Part shown: one piece after another, positions 52,987 to 64,000 of the stretch
Layout of the letters: each line of letters opens with the position of its first letter
How positions within the stretch are numbered: the stretch's first letter is position 1
DNA from: an uncultured Gemmatimonadales bacterium
GTDB lineage: Bacteria; Gemmatimonadota; Gemmatimonadetes; Gemmatimonadales; Gemmatimonadaceae
Direction: 5' to 3'
Assembly: GCA_963851265.1 (NCBI GenBank)
Contig: CAWKNZ010000002.1
Span: forward strand, 960,001-1,024,000
Length of the DNA: 64,000 nt
Translations under genes and position numbers: made by a program
The notes under the pieces: generated by a model
Told to the model about the DNA's origin: nothing
What the model saw: the letters and a program-made list of their open reading frames with translations, nothing else
Database searches by the model: none

Positions 52987-53619
52987 ATGCGTTACACGGG
53001 TCCCAGCTGCCGGCAGTGCCGGCGTGAAGGCACCAAGCTGTTTCTGAAAGGGACGAAGTGCTTCACCGAGAAGTGCCCGGTCGAGCGTCGTCCCTACGCT
53101 CCCGGCCAGCACGGCCAGGCGACCGCTCGCCGTCGTAAGGTGAGCGAGTACGCCAAGCAGCTGCGCGAGAAGCAGAAGATCAAGCGCATCTACGGGCTGT
53201 CCGAGCTGCAGTTCCGCAACACGTTCGAACGGGTCGCGACGCAGCAGGGCATCACGGGCCACAACCTGTTGGCCGCGCTCGAGAGCCGGCTCGACAACGT
53301 GATCTACCGCATGGGCTTCGCGCCGAGCCGAAAGGCGGCGCGTCAGCTGATCCGGCACGGGCACGTGGACGTGAAGCAGCGCCGCATGGACGTGCCGAGC
53401 TATCAGGTACGCCCGGGTGAGGAGATCCGCGTGCGCGAGTCGGCGCGTGAGATGCCGCTCGTCGTCGGCGCGATGGACCAATCGTCGCGCGGGGCGCCGC
53501 TCGCCTGGATCGCGGTCGACAAGGAGTCGTTCTCGGGGCGGATGCTCGAGAAGCCGCAGCGCCAGAGCATCCCGATCGCCGCGCAGGAGCAACTGGTCGT
53601 CGAATTGTACAGCAAGTAA
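52987..53619 (+). CDS. rpsD: 30S ribosomal protein S4 (Cys-containing form)
   Basis: CRQCRRE..KC..KC, QLREKQK, LESRLDN, VELYSK. Confidence 0.98.
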   Translation: MRYTGPSCRQCRREGTKLFLKGTKCFTEKCPVERRPYAPGQHGQATARRRKVSEYAKQLREKQKIKRIYGLSELQFRNTFERVATQQGITGHNLLAALESRLDNVIYRMGFAPSRKAARQLIRHGHVDVKQRRMDVPSYQVRPGEEIRVRESAREMPLVVGAMDQSSRGAPLAWIAVDKESFSGRMLEKPQRQSIPIAAQEQLVVELYSK

Positions 53620-53929
53620 CGGCCGTTGCAGGGCTGCGCTCCGGAATGTCGTTCCGAGGGCATGCAGCGACCGAAGGATCGCTGTCCCTGCACGCAGTTC
53701 CGCGCGGCGTCGTCCGTGCCGGCGCTGTGAGCCCGGGCAGCGATCCTTCGCTGCGATCGGGGCGAGGGGTTTCAGAAGCACACATTACGCACGACCGTCG
53801 GACTGCACGACCGTAGTACCTGATTCACAGGTCGGGACCTTCACTCCCCAACGAGCCTGCCGCGCGTGAAGGGCGGGGCAGGGCGTCGCCTGGTCGTACA
53901 GACCGGGTGAGACCAATCCACGAGACATC
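53620..53929 (+). ncRNA. Candidate structured RNA in rpsD-rpoA spacer (family not recognised)
   Basis: 310-nt gap with several long helices (53672-53687/53735-53750; 53799-53812/53892-53905) and a loop-mediated pairing 53838-53844/53866-53872. Confidence 0.5.
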
Positions 53930-54991
53930 ATGGCAGCAATCGATCTTCGCGGGCTCGTTCGCCCGCAACTCGTCGAATCGACGAAGCGCGACGACCAGCC
54001 CAACGTGGCCGAGTTCCGACTGCAGCCGCTCGAGCGCGGCTTCGGTCACACGCTCGGTAACGCCATGCGGCGGCTCCTGCTGTCGTCGCTGCGCGGCGCC
54101 GCCGTGTGGGGCTTCCGCATCGACGGCGTCCTCCACGAGCACCAGACCATTCCGGGCGTCGTCGAGGACGTGCACCAGATCATCGGTCAGCTCAAGACGC
54201 TCGTGCTCGCGCTCGACGCCGACGTTGACACGTCGGTGCTGCGCATCCGCAAGACCGAATCGGGTCCGGTCACGGGCGCGGACATCCAGCAGGCGCCGGG
54301 CGTGCGGGTCGTCGACCCGTCGCACCACATCCTGACCCTGCAGGAGGACCGCGAGCTCAACGTCGAGCTCTACGTCAACAAGGGCCGCGGCTACGTCGAG
54401 AGCGACCAGCACCCGGTCGACCGCGGACTGCCGGTCGACCTCGTGCGCATCGACGCGATCTACAACCCCGTGCGCCGCGCCAATTTCTCGGTTGCCGAGA
54501 CTCGCGTGGGGCAGCGGACCGACTACGACCGCCTGACGCTCACCGTCGAGACGAACGGCACGCTCTCGCCCGAGGAGGCCGTGAGCTACGCCGCCGCCCT
54601 GGCGCAGACGCATTTCCAGTACTTCGCGAGCTTCGGCCCGCACGGCGGGAGCAGCAACGGGACCGCGCTCGAGGGCGGCGACGCCCGCCGGACGGCCGAG
54701 CTGCTGCGCACGCCGATCGACGACCTCGAGTTGTCCGTGCGGAGTGTGAACTCGCTCAAGAACTCGAGCGTCCGTACGCTCGGGGACCTGGTTCGTCTCA
54801 ACGAGAGCCAGATTTTGCAGGTCAAGAACTTCGGCAAGAAGTCCCTCCAGGAGATCGCCGACCTCCTCGAGCGCGAGGGACTCAACTTTGGCATGCGCTA
54901 CGAGGAGACCGGCGAAGGCGTGCGGATCACCGATTGGGGAACCGCACCGAGCCGCGCCGCCGCGAACGCGCCTGAAGACGACGAGGATTAG
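53930..54991 (+). CDS. rpoA: RNA polymerase alpha subunit
   Basis: [42 protein letters not shown]. Confidence 0.98.
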   Translation: MAAIDLRGLVRPQLVESTKRDDQPNVAEFRLQPLERGFGHTLGNAMRRLLLSSLRGAAVWGFRIDGVLHEHQTIPGVVEDVHQIIGQLKTLVLALDADVDTSVLRIRKTESGPVTGADIQQAPGVRVVDPSHHILTLQEDRELNVELYVNKGRGYVESDQHPVDRGLPVDLVRIDAIYNPVRRANFSVAETRVGQRTDYDRLTLTVETNGTLSPEEAVSYAAALAQTHFQYFASFGPHGGSSNGTALEGGDARRTAELLRTPIDDLELSVRSVNSLKNSSVRTLGDLVRLNESQILQVKNFGKKSLQEIADLLEREGLNFGMRYEETGEGVRITDWGTAPSRAAANAPEDDED

Positions 54992-54999
54992 GAACCACC

Positions 55000-55353
55000 A
55001 TGCGTCACCGGAAGGCCGGACGGCAGCTCCGCCGCACGAGTGAGCAGCGCCTCGCGCTGCTCCGCAACCTCGCGACCTCGCTCATCGAGCAGGGCGCCAT
55101 CGAGACCACCGAGGCCAAGGCCAAGGAGCTCCGTCCCTTCGTCGAGAAGCTCGTGACGAAGGCGCGGCGCGGTACCCTGCACGCGCGCCGCCTCGCGGGC
55201 CGCCACGTGCAGAAGCGCGAGGCCGCGGACAAGCTGTTCCAGGAGTGGGGCCCGAAGTTCGCGGCCCGGCCGGGCGGCTACACCCGCATCCTCAAGACCG
55301 GCCACCGTCGCGGCGACGGGGCCGAGATGGCGCGGATCGAGTTCGTCAGCTGA
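55000..55353 (+). CDS. rplQ: 50S ribosomal protein L17
   Basis: [30 protein letters not shown]. Confidence 0.98.
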   Translation: MRHRKAGRQLRRTSEQRLALLRNLATSLIEQGAIETTEAKAKELRPFVEKLVTKARRGTLHARRLAGRHVQKREAADKLFQEWGPKFAARPGGYTRILKTGHRRGDGAEMARIEFVS

Positions 55354-55368
55354 CCGGAGACGCATTCC

Positions 55369-56659
<1,291 letters not shown>

Positions 56660-56666
56660 GGACCGC

Positions 56667-57614
56667 GTGACGCGCTCGGCGCTCGTGACGGGCGCTGCGG
56701 GGTTCGTCGGCACGCGGCTCGTTCGCGCGTTGTGTGCGGCGGGGTGGCGCGTCACGGGGACGGCGCAGGGCACCGATCAGATCGCCGTTCGCGATCCGGA
56801 CGTGGAGTGGTTGACGGGCGACGTGCGGGACGTCGCGCACCTGGGGACCGCGTTGGACGTGGCGTCTCCGGACGCCGTATTCCACCTCGCGGGCGTGTCG
56901 TTCGTACCGGCGGCCGCGGCCGACCCGGGATACGCGGCCGAGGTCAACGCGGTGGCCGCAGCGCGGCTGGTCGGGCTCGTCGCCCAACGGCGGCGCGCGG
57001 GGACGCTGGACCCCGTCGTGGTCGTCGTCGGGAGTGGCGAGCAGTACGGCCGGCACGATCCTGCCGAGTTTCCGCTGACCGAGTCGGCGGAGCAACGGCC
57101 GCACACGGTGTACGCGGCCACCAAGGTGGCGCAGGAGACGCTCGCGATGCAGGCGTGGCGGGGCGAAGGCGTGCGAGTGGTCGCGACGCGGAGCTTCAAC
57201 CACAGCGGTCCGGGCCAGGCGTTCCGCTTCCTTCTCCCCGGCCTCGTCGGGCGAACGCGCGCGCTCCGCGCGCAGCCGCTAGGCGCGCCGCTCGTGTTGG
57301 GCAATCAGACGACCGTCCGCGACTTCCTTCACGTGGACGATGTCGTTGCGGCCTATATTGCGCTCGCCGAACGCGGCCGGCCCGGTGAGGCGTACAACGT
57401 TGCGAGCGGGGCCGGCCACTCCGTCGTCGACCTTGCGCGACGCGTTCTGGCGCGTGCCGGGACCGACGCCGACCTCCGGAGCGATCCGACGCTCGTCCGG
57501 CCGGCCGAAGTTCCAGCGCTCGTCGGGAGCGCGGCGAAGCTCGCCGCAGACACCGGTTGGGCGCCCCGCCGCACGCTCGACGACCTCATCGATGACCTGA
57601 TCGCGGCGGCGTGA
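56667..57614 (+). CDS. Extended SDR, probable GDP-4-keto-6-deoxy-D-mannose reductase (Rmd-like)
   Basis: TGAAGFVG, GSGEQYG, YAATK, RSFNHSGPGQ, RDFLHVDD; directly after gmd. Confidence 0.75.
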   Translation: MTRSALVTGAAGFVGTRLVRALCAAGWRVTGTAQGTDQIAVRDPDVEWLTGDVRDVAHLGTALDVASPDAVFHLAGVSFVPAAAADPGYAAEVNAVAAARLVGLVAQRRRAGTLDPVVVVVGSGEQYGRHDPAEFPLTESAEQRPHTVYAATKVAQETLAMQAWRGEGVRVVATRSFNHSGPGQAFRFLLPGLVGRTRALRAQPLGAPLVLGNQTTVRDFLHVDDVVAAYIALAERGRPGEAYNVASGAGHSVVDLARRVLARAGTDADLRSDPTLVRPAEVPALVGSAAKLAADTGWAPRRTLDDLIDDLIAAA

Positions 57615-57650
57615 CGACGCCGCGGTCGTGTACCGCGCCCAGAAACCGCT

Positions 57651-60600
57651 ATGCCCCGCCGCACCGACCTGCACCGCATCCTCGTCATTGGCTCCGGCCC
57701 GATCGTCATCGGACAGGGTGCCGAATTCGACTACTCGGGGACGCAGGCCGTGAAGGCGCTGCGCGAAGAGGGATACGAAGTCGTCCTGGTGAACTCGAAT
57801 CCGGCGACGATCATGACCGACCCCGAGATCGCCGACCGGACGTACATCGAACCCGTCACGCCCGATTTCGTCGAGCGGATCATCGCGCGCGAGCGTCCCG
57901 ACGCCCTGTTACCGACGATGGGCGGCCAAACGGCGCTCAACGTCGCGATGACGCTTGCCGAGCGCGGAGTGCTCGCGCAGTACGAGTGCGAGCTGATCGG
58001 TGCGAACGCGCGCGCGATCAAGATGGCCGAGGATCGGCAGGAGTTCGATCACGCGATGCGCAGGATCGGGCTGCGGACGCCGGCGGGTCGGATCGCGACC
58101 ACGTGGGACGAGGCGGCCGCGATCGCGGAGTGGGCGGGCTTTCCGGCGATCGTGCGTCCGTCGTTCACGCTCGGCGGTTCGGGCGGCGGCATCGCATACA
58201 ACCGAGACGAGTACGAGCAGATCGTCCGCCGCGGACTCGATCTCTCGCCGGTGTCCCAGGTTCTCATCGAGCGGTCGCTGATCGGCTGGAAGGAGTTCGA
58301 GCTCGAGGTCATGCGCGACTCGGCGGACAACGTCGTGATCGTCTGCTCGATCGAGAACTTCGACCCGATGGGCGTGCATACGGGCGACTCGATCACCGTC
58401 GCGCCGGCGATGACGCTGACCGACCGCGAGTACCAGACCATGCGCGATGCGGCCGTGGCGATCATCCGGGAGATCGGCGTCGACGCCGGCGGGTGCAACA
58501 TCCAGTTCGCGGTGAATCCCGCGGACGGCGAGCTGGTGGTGATCGAGATGAACCCGCGCGTGTCGCGATCGTCCGCGCTCGCGTCCAAGGCGACCGGCTT
58601 CCCGATCGCGCGCATCGGCGCGAAGCTCGCGGTCGGGTACCGCCTCGACGAGATCCCGAACGACATCACCCGCACGACCCCGGCATCGTTCGAGCCGGTG
58701 CTCGATTACGTGATCGTGAAGTGCCCGCGATTCGCGTTCGAGAAGTTCCCGGGCGCCGACGCGCGGCTCACGACGCAGATGCACAGCGTCGGCGAGAGTA
58801 TGGCCATCGGGCGCACGTTCAAGGAAGCGTTTCAGAAGGCGCTCCGCGCGCTCGAAAACGGGCGCTCCGGCTGGACCACTGGCGAGACGTTGGGCGACGA
58901 TCGCCTAGCGGATGCCGAGCCGGCGACGCTGCGGTCGGCGCTCCGGCAGCCGACCCCTGAGCGCGTGTATCAGCTCAAGCGCGCGTTCCTCGCGGGGATG
59001 ACCGTCGAGGAAATCGCCGAGCTGACCGGCATCGACCCGTGGTTTCTCGCGCAGCTCGACGAGATCGTCGCGGCCGAGCGCGCATACGCGGCGTCCGACT
59101 CGGCCGCTGCCACGAGCGCGGCGACGCTCCGGCGGATGAAGCGGCTCGGTTTCTCCGACCGGCAGCTCGCCGCGTTGAGTGGGACCAGCGAGGACGCAGT
59201 GCGCGCCGCGCGCCACGCGGCCGGCGTGCGGCCGGCGTACAAGATGGTCGACACGTGCGCGGGCGAGTTCCCGTCGGCCACGCCGTACCTGTACGGCAGC
59301 TACGACGAAGAGGGCGAGGCGCCCCGCTCCGAGCGCGCGTCGGTGGTGATCCTCGGCTCCGGGCCCAACCGCATCGGACAGGGCGTCGAGTTCGACTACT
59401 GCTGCGTGCGCGCGGCGCTCGCACTTCGCGACGCGGGCTACGAGACGATCATGGTCAACTCGAACCCCGAGACCGTCTCGACCGACTTCGACACGTCGGA
59501 CAAGCTGTACTTCGAGCCGCTCACCCTCGAGGACGTGCTCGAGATCGTCGAACGCGAGCGGCCGCTCGGCGTGATCGTGCAGCTCGGCGGGCAGACGCCG
59601 CTCAAGCTCACGCGCGCGCTCGAGCGCGCGGGCGTCCGCATTCTGGGCACGCCGCCCGACGCAATCGACATTGCGGAGGACCGCCGCCGCTTCGACGCGG
59701 TCGCCCGCGAGCTCGGGCTGGAGCAGCCCCCCAACGGCACGGCGACGAGCGTCGAGGAGGCGGTCGGCGTCGCGGAGCGCGTCGGGTACCCCGCGCTCGT
59801 CAGGCCGTCGTACGTGCTCGGCGGGCGCGCGATGGAAATCGTGTACGACGAGCCCTCGTTGCGCGACTACTTCGTGCGCGCGGTGCGGGTGAGCGAGGAT
59901 CGCCCGGTGCTGATCGACCGCTTCCTCGAGGACGCGGTGGAGGTCGACGTCGACGCGATCGCGGACGGGCACGACGTCGTGATCGGGGCCGTGATGCAGC
60001 ACGTCGAGGAAGCCGGGATCCACTCCGGCGACTCGGCGTGCGTGCTCCCGCCGCCGACCATCGAGCCCGCCGTGCTCGACCGCATGCGCGAGCAGACGGT
60101 CGCGCTCGCGCGCCGGCTCGGCGTCGTGGGGCTGATGAACGTGCAGTACGCGGTCCGCGACAACCGCGTCTACGTGCTCGAAGCGAACCCGCGGGCCAGC
60201 CGCACGATCCCGTTCGTCAGCAAGGCGATCGGCGTCCCGCTCGCGGCCCTCGCCGCGCGCGTCATGCTCGGCGAACGGCTCGCCGACCTGGGCCTCGCGC
60301 ATGAAATCGTTCCGCCGTACGTGAGCGTCAAGGAGGCGGTCTTCCCCTTCAACAAGTTCCGCGCGTTCGACCCCGTGCTGGGCCCCGAGATGCGGTCGAC
60401 CGGTGAGGTGATGGGTGTCGCGGCGACGTTCGGCGCGGCGTTCTGGAAGTCGCAGCTCGCAGCCGACAACCGGCTGCCGTCGCGTGGCGCCGTGTTCATC
60501 TCGGTGAACGACCGCGACAAGGGGAACGTGGTCGCGGTAGCGCGCCGGTTCCACGACATGGGCTTCGTGCTCCACGCGACCGAAGGGACCGGCGCCGCGC

Positions 60601-60914
60601 TGGCGAGGGCCGGCGTGCCGAGCGAACGCGTGTACAAGTTGAGTGAGGGGCGGCCGAACGGGATCGACCTGCTCGTCAACGGCACGGTGGGGCTGCTGGT
60701 GAATACGCCGCGCGGGAAGTCGGCCCAGGAGGACGACCTCTCGCTCCGTCAGGCCGCCGTCTCGCGACGTGTCGCGTACACGACGACGCTGGCAGCCGCG
60801 ATGGCGGTCGCCGACGGGATCGAGGCGTCGCGGGCCGACGCCGTCGACGTGCGGTCGCTGCAGGAGTGGCACGCGGGACTCGGCGCGGTCGCGCCGGCCG
60901 AGGCCACGGCATGA
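57651..60914 (+). CDS. carB: Carbamoyl-phosphate synthase large subunit
   Basis: [23 protein letters not shown], duplicated ATP-grasp halves, [16 protein letters not shown]-terminal MGS-like domain. Confidence 0.97.
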   Translation: MPRRTDLHRILVIGSGPIVIGQGAEFDYSGTQAVKALREEGYEVVLVNSNPATIMTDPEIADRTYIEPVTPDFVERIIARERPDALLPTMGGQTALNVAMTLAERGVLAQYECELIGANARAIKMAEDRQEFDHAMRRIGLRTPAGRIATTWDEAAAIAEWAGFPAIVRPSFTLGGSGGGIAYNRDEYEQIVRRGLDLSPVSQVLIERSLIGWKEFELEVMRDSADNVVIVCSIENFDPMGVHTGDSITVAPAMTLTDREYQTMRDAAVAIIREIGVDAGGCNIQFAVNPADGELVVIEMNPRVSRSSALASKATGFPIARIGAKLAVGYRLDEIPNDITRTTPASFEPVLDYVIVKCPRFAFEKFPGADARLTTQMHSVGESMAIGRTFKEAFQKALRALENGRSGWTTGETLGDDRLADAEPATLRSALRQPTPERVYQLKRAFLAGMTVEEIAELTGIDPWFLAQLDEIVAAERAYAASDSAAATSAATLRRMKRLGFSDRQLAALSGTSEDAVRAARHAAGVRPAYKMVDTCAGEFPSATPYLYGSYDEEGEAPRSERASVVILGSGPNRIGQGVEFDYCCVRAALALRDAGYETIMVNSNPETVSTDFDTSDKLYFEPLTLEDVLEIVERERPLGVIVQLGGQTPLKLTRALERAGVRILGTPPDAIDIAEDRRRFDAVARELGLEQPPNGTATSVEEAVGVAERVGYPALVRPSYVLGGRAMEIVYDEPSLRDYFVRAVRVSEDRPVLIDRFLEDAVEVDVDAIADGHDVVIGAVMQHVEEAGIHSGDSACVLPPPTIEPAVLDRMREQTVALARRLGVVGLMNVQYAVRDNRVYVLEANPRASRTIPFVSKAIGVPLAALAARVMLGERLADLGLAHEIVPPYVSVKEAVFPFNKFRAFDPVLGPEMRSTGEVMGVAATFGAAFWKSQLAADNRLPSRGAVFISVNDRDKGNVVAVARRFHDMGFVLHATEGTGAALARAGVPSERVYKLSEGRPNGIDLLVNGTVGLLVNTPRGKSAQEDDLSLRQAAVSRRVAYTTTLAAAMAVADGIEASRADAVDVRSLQEWHAGLGAVAPAEATA

Positions 60915-61564
60915 GCGCGGCGCCGGAGAGTCCGGACGTGCACCCGACGGCGTGGGTGCACCCGTCGAGCTACGTCGATGCGGGAGCGCGAGTGGGCGCG
61001 CGATCGAAGGTGTGGCACTTCTGCCACCTCATGCCAGGGTCCGAGGTCGGCGAGGACTGCTCGTTGGGCCAGAACGTGGTCGTGATGTCGGGCGTGCGCG
61101 TTGGGCGCAACGCGAAGATCCAGAACAATGTCAGCCTCTACGAGGGCGTCGAACTCGAAGCAGACGTGTTCTGCGGCCCGTCGATGGTGTTCACGAACGT
61201 GCACAACCCGCGAAGCCACGTCTCGCGGAAACACGAATACCGACGCACGCTCGTAGAACGCGGCGCGTCGATCGGCGCGAACGCGACCGTCGTGTGCGGC
61301 AACTCGATTGGTGCCTACGCGCTCGTGGGTGCCGGCGCCGTCGTCACGCGCGACGTGCCGGCGTACGCGGTCGTCGCGGGCGTGCCGGCGCGACAACGCG
61401 GCTGGGCGTGCGCATGCGGCGAACTGCTCGATGCGCCGCTCGCGGCGGTGGACTCGGAGCTGGCCGTCGTGTGTCCGGCGTGCGGTGAGCGGTACCTCCT
61501 GGTCGGCGACGTGCTCCGCCCCGTCGCGCCCGACGTACCGCGCGACGTCGGGGTGGCCGCGTGA
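60911..61564 (+). CDS. Hexapeptide-repeat N-acetyltransferase (WbpD/WlbB-like)
   Basis: [36 protein letters not shown]-terminal CACG..CPAC; ATGA overlap with carB. Confidence 0.88.
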   Translation: MSAAPESPDVHPTAWVHPSSYVDAGARVGARSKVWHFCHLMPGSEVGEDCSLGQNVVVMSGVRVGRNAKIQNNVSLYEGVELEADVFCGPSMVFTNVHNPRSHVSRKHEYRRTLVERGASIGANATVVCGNSIGAYALVGAGAVVTRDVPAYAVVAGVPARQRGWACACGELLDAPLAAVDSELAVVCPACGERYLLVGDVLRPVAPDVPRDVGVAA

Positions 61565-62613
61565 CGCCGCTCGCTCACGACGCCGTCGTGCGCGTCGGCC
61601 TCGTCGGCTGCGGACGGATCAGCCGCAACCACGTCGATGCGATCGCCAAAGTCGACGGGCTCGAACTCGCGGCGGTGAGCGACATGGTCGAGGCCCGGGC
61701 GCGTGAGGTTGGCGCCGCGAACGGTGTTCCGTCGTACACGTCCCTCGACGCGATGCTCACGGGCACGCCGTTCGACCTGCTCGCGGTGTGCACGCCTTCG
61801 GGGTTGCACCCGGCGCACGGGACGGCCGGAGCCCGCGCGGGCAAGCACGTGTTGAGCGAGAAGCCGATGGCGATCTCGCTGGCCGGCGCGGACGCGCTCG
61901 TCCGCGCGTGTGACGACGCCGGCGTGCAGCTGTTCGTCGTCAAGCAGAACCGGCTCAACCCGGCCGTGCAGCTGCTCAAGCGCGCGATCGACAAGGGGCG
62001 GTTCGGGCGGCTCTTTCTCGCCAACTCGACCGTGCGTTGGACCCGCCCCCAGGACTACTACGACCAGGCGCCGTGGCGTGGCACGTGGGAGTTCGACGGC
62101 GGCGCGTTCATGAACCAGGCATCGCACTACGTCGATCTCGTGCAGTGGCTCATGGGTCCGGTCGAGAGCGTGGTCGCGAAGACCGCGACGCTCGCGCGGC
62201 GCATCGAGGCCGAGGACGTCGGGGCCGCGGTGATGCGCTTCCGGAATGGCGCGCTCGGCGTGATGGAGGTTTCGATGTTGACGTACCCGCGCAACCTCGA
62301 AGGCTCGGTCACGTTGATGGGTGAACGCGGCACGGCGAAGGTCGGCGGGACCGCCGTCAACAAGATCGAGACCTGGCAGTTCGCAGACTACGACGACGAC
62401 GACAAGCTCGTCGACGCGACCGCGACGAATCCGCCGACCGTCTACGGCTTCGGTCACGAGGCGTATTACCGCAACGTGCTCGCGGTGCTCCGAGGTGAGG
62501 CACCGGCCGAAACCGACGGGCGCGCCGGGAGGAAGTCGCTCGAATTGATCCTGGGCATCTACGAGAGCGCGCGCACCGGGCGCGAGGTGCCGCTGCCGTT
62601 GCGAACGGGCTGA
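61561..62613 (+). CDS. Gfo/Idh/MocA oxidoreductase (WbpB/WlbA-like)
   Basis: GCGRI, EKPMA, VVKQNRLN, WRGTWEFDGGAFMNQASH. Confidence 0.88.
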   Translation: MTPLAHDAVVRVGLVGCGRISRNHVDAIAKVDGLELAAVSDMVEARAREVGAANGVPSYTSLDAMLTGTPFDLLAVCTPSGLHPAHGTAGARAGKHVLSEKPMAISLAGADALVRACDDAGVQLFVVKQNRLNPAVQLLKRAIDKGRFGRLFLANSTVRWTRPQDYYDQAPWRGTWEFDGGAFMNQASHYVDLVQWLMGPVESVVAKTATLARRIEAEDVGAAVMRFRNGALGVMEVSMLTYPRNLEGSVTLMGERGTAKVGGTAVNKIETWQFADYDDDDKLVDATATNPPTVYGFGHEAYYRNVLAVLRGEAPAETDGRAGRKSLELILGIYESARTGREVPLPLRTG

Positions 62614-62707
62614 GCGTCGGCGTCGCGTTGACATGATCTCGGGGCGGGCGCAGCTTTGGGGGTTCCGGCGCGGTGGCGCGCCGGCGACCCGCCTCGACCC
62701 TCCCCGT

Positions 62708-63820
62708 ATGGCCGTTCCCCTCCTCGACCTCCGCGCGCAGCACGCGACCATCCGCGACGCCGTTGTCGCCGCGCTCATGCGCGTGGTCGACGATCAGGCC
62801 TTCATTCTCGGCGAGCCAGTGGCGCAGCTCGAGGCCGAGGTCGCGGCGCTCTCGCACGCCGCCCACGCCGTGGGCTGCGCGAACGGCACCGACGCGATTC
62901 TGCTCGCGCTGCGCGCGCTCGATGTCGGCCGTGGCGACCGCGTCATCACCACGCCGTTCACGTTCTTCGCGACCGCGGGCACGATCCACAACGTGGGGGC
63001 GACGCCCGTGTTCGTCGACATCGACCCCGACACGTTCAACATCGCGCCCGACGCGATCGCGGCCGCACTCGCCCCCGACGTGCGTGCGGTGGTGCCGGTC
63101 GATCTGTTCGGCCAGATGGCGGCGATCGAGCGCGTGGAAGCGGCCGCGCCGGGGGTCCCGATCATCGAGGACGCCGCGCAGTCGATCGGCGCGCGGCGCT
63201 TCATCGACGGCGCGTGGCGCATGGCCGGCGAGGCCGCGACCATCGGCACGTTCAGCTTCTTCCCGTCCAAGAACCTTGGCGGGTATGGCGACGGTGGGAT
63301 GCTCGTGACGCAGGACGCGGCACTCAATGAGCGCCTGCTCCGGCTGCGCACGCACGGATCACGCAAGACGTACTACCACGAGGAAGTGGGGTACAACAGC
63401 CGGCTCGACGCGTTGCAGGCGGCGGTGCTTCGCGCGAAGCTGCCAAACCTCGCCGCGTGGAGCGAGCGGCGACGCGAGAACGCCGCGTATTACGACGCGG
63501 CGTTCGCCGACATGGCCGACGTCCGCACGCCGACCATCGATCCGGCCAACGAGTCGATCTACAACCAGTACACGCTACGGGCCGAGCGGCGGGATGCGTT
63601 GCAGGCGCACCTCAAGCAGTCTGGCATCGGCACGTCGGTGTACTACCCGCTCCCGCTGCATCTGCAGCCGTGCTTCGCTTATCTCGGGTATCGCGAAGGG
63701 CAGTGTCCCGAGGCCGAGCGCGCGGCGCGCGAGGTGCTTTCGTTGCCGGTGTTCCCGGAGCTCACTCGCGATCAGCTGGACGAGGTCGTCGGGGCCGTGC
63801 GCACGTTCTACGGACGCTGA
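62708..63820 (+). CDS. DegT/DnrJ/EryC1 aminotransferase (WbpE/WlbC-like)
   Basis: NGTDA, EDAAQS, SFFPSKNLGGYGDGG, NSRLDALQAA. Confidence 0.9.
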   Translation: MAVPLLDLRAQHATIRDAVVAALMRVVDDQAFILGEPVAQLEAEVAALSHAAHAVGCANGTDAILLALRALDVGRGDRVITTPFTFFATAGTIHNVGATPVFVDIDPDTFNIAPDAIAAALAPDVRAVVPVDLFGQMAAIERVEAAAPGVPIIEDAAQSIGARRFIDGAWRMAGEAATIGTFSFFPSKNLGGYGDGGMLVTQDAALNERLLRLRTHGSRKTYYHEEVGYNSRLDALQAAVLRAKLPNLAAWSERRRENAAYYDAAFADMADVRTPTIDPANESIYNQYTLRAERRDALQAHLKQSGIGTSVYYPLPLHLQPCFAYLGYREGQCPEAERAAREVLSLPVFPELTRDQLDEVVGAVRTFYGR

Positions 63821-63905
63821 CCGACCGATGTGCGCCGGCGCGTCGGCGCCGCGGACCTCCCAATCCCTCGTACCACCCGCGCGGCCCACACCACGCCGCG
63901 ATTGC

Positions 63906-64000
63906 ATGAAAGATCAGTTGCTCAATCGGATCGCCGGCCGTACGGCCACGGTCGCGGTCGTCGGACTCGGCTACGTGGGGCTCCCGCTCGCGATCGAGTT
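63906..64000 (+). CDS. Nucleotide-sugar dehydrogenase (WbpA/WecC-like), 3'-truncated by window
   Basis: MKDQLLNRIAGRTATVAVVGLGYVGLPLAIE Rossmann start. Confidence 0.8.
   Translation, partial: MKDQLLNRIAGRTATVAVVGLGYVGLPLAIE

Noticed and set aside
53620..53929. tmRNA, SRP RNA, tRNA or hammerhead ribozyme in the rpsD-rpoA spacer
   Set aside because: No tRNA-like ends or tag frame, no SRP domain IV motif, no CUGANGA/GAAA core recognised; kept as unknown structured RNA

Overview
Very GC-rich (roughly 70% by eye) bacterial core-genome segment with no phage, IS, integron or CRISPR array. Gene content and style suggest Gemmatimonadota (inference only). In order: 3' part of an alternative complex III operon (actB-F); tRNA-Ala(UGC); a peroxiredoxin; two two-component pairs; tonB-exbB-exbD-exbD plus a second TonB-like gene; amino-acid transporters around a K+-independent membrane H+-pyrophosphatase; GNAT and dps; a minus-strand peptidoglycan-salvage-like cluster (lipoprotein NagZ, AmiE-like hydrolase, two Na+/solute symporters, erpA, BadF-type sugar kinase); a CDP-alcohol phosphotransferase plus ino1; 2-oxoacid dehydrogenase E1a/E1b/E2; PHP, SDR, PEP-CTERM protein, trxB, MBL hydrolase, aspA, Rrf2; tRNA-Leu(CAG), smpB, amidase, pyrD-pyrF; the rpmJ-rpsM-rpsK-rpsD-rpoA-rplQ-rpmB cluster; and a nucleotide-sugar cluster (gmd, rmd-like, carB, wbpD/B/E/A-like) running off the right end. 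The strongest unexplained signals: (1) a non-palindromic motif (Y)GTTAGGC found at least 15 times, accounting for most TTAG tetramers and most of the TTA codons I found; (2) a 310-nt highly structured spacer between rpsD and rpoA with alternative pairings and a pseudoknot-like element; (3) an apparently symporter-based cell-wall sugar salvage module with no PTS or AmpG in the cluster; (4) an inositol-lipid gene pair. All calls come from reading motifs by eye; no database searches were run.
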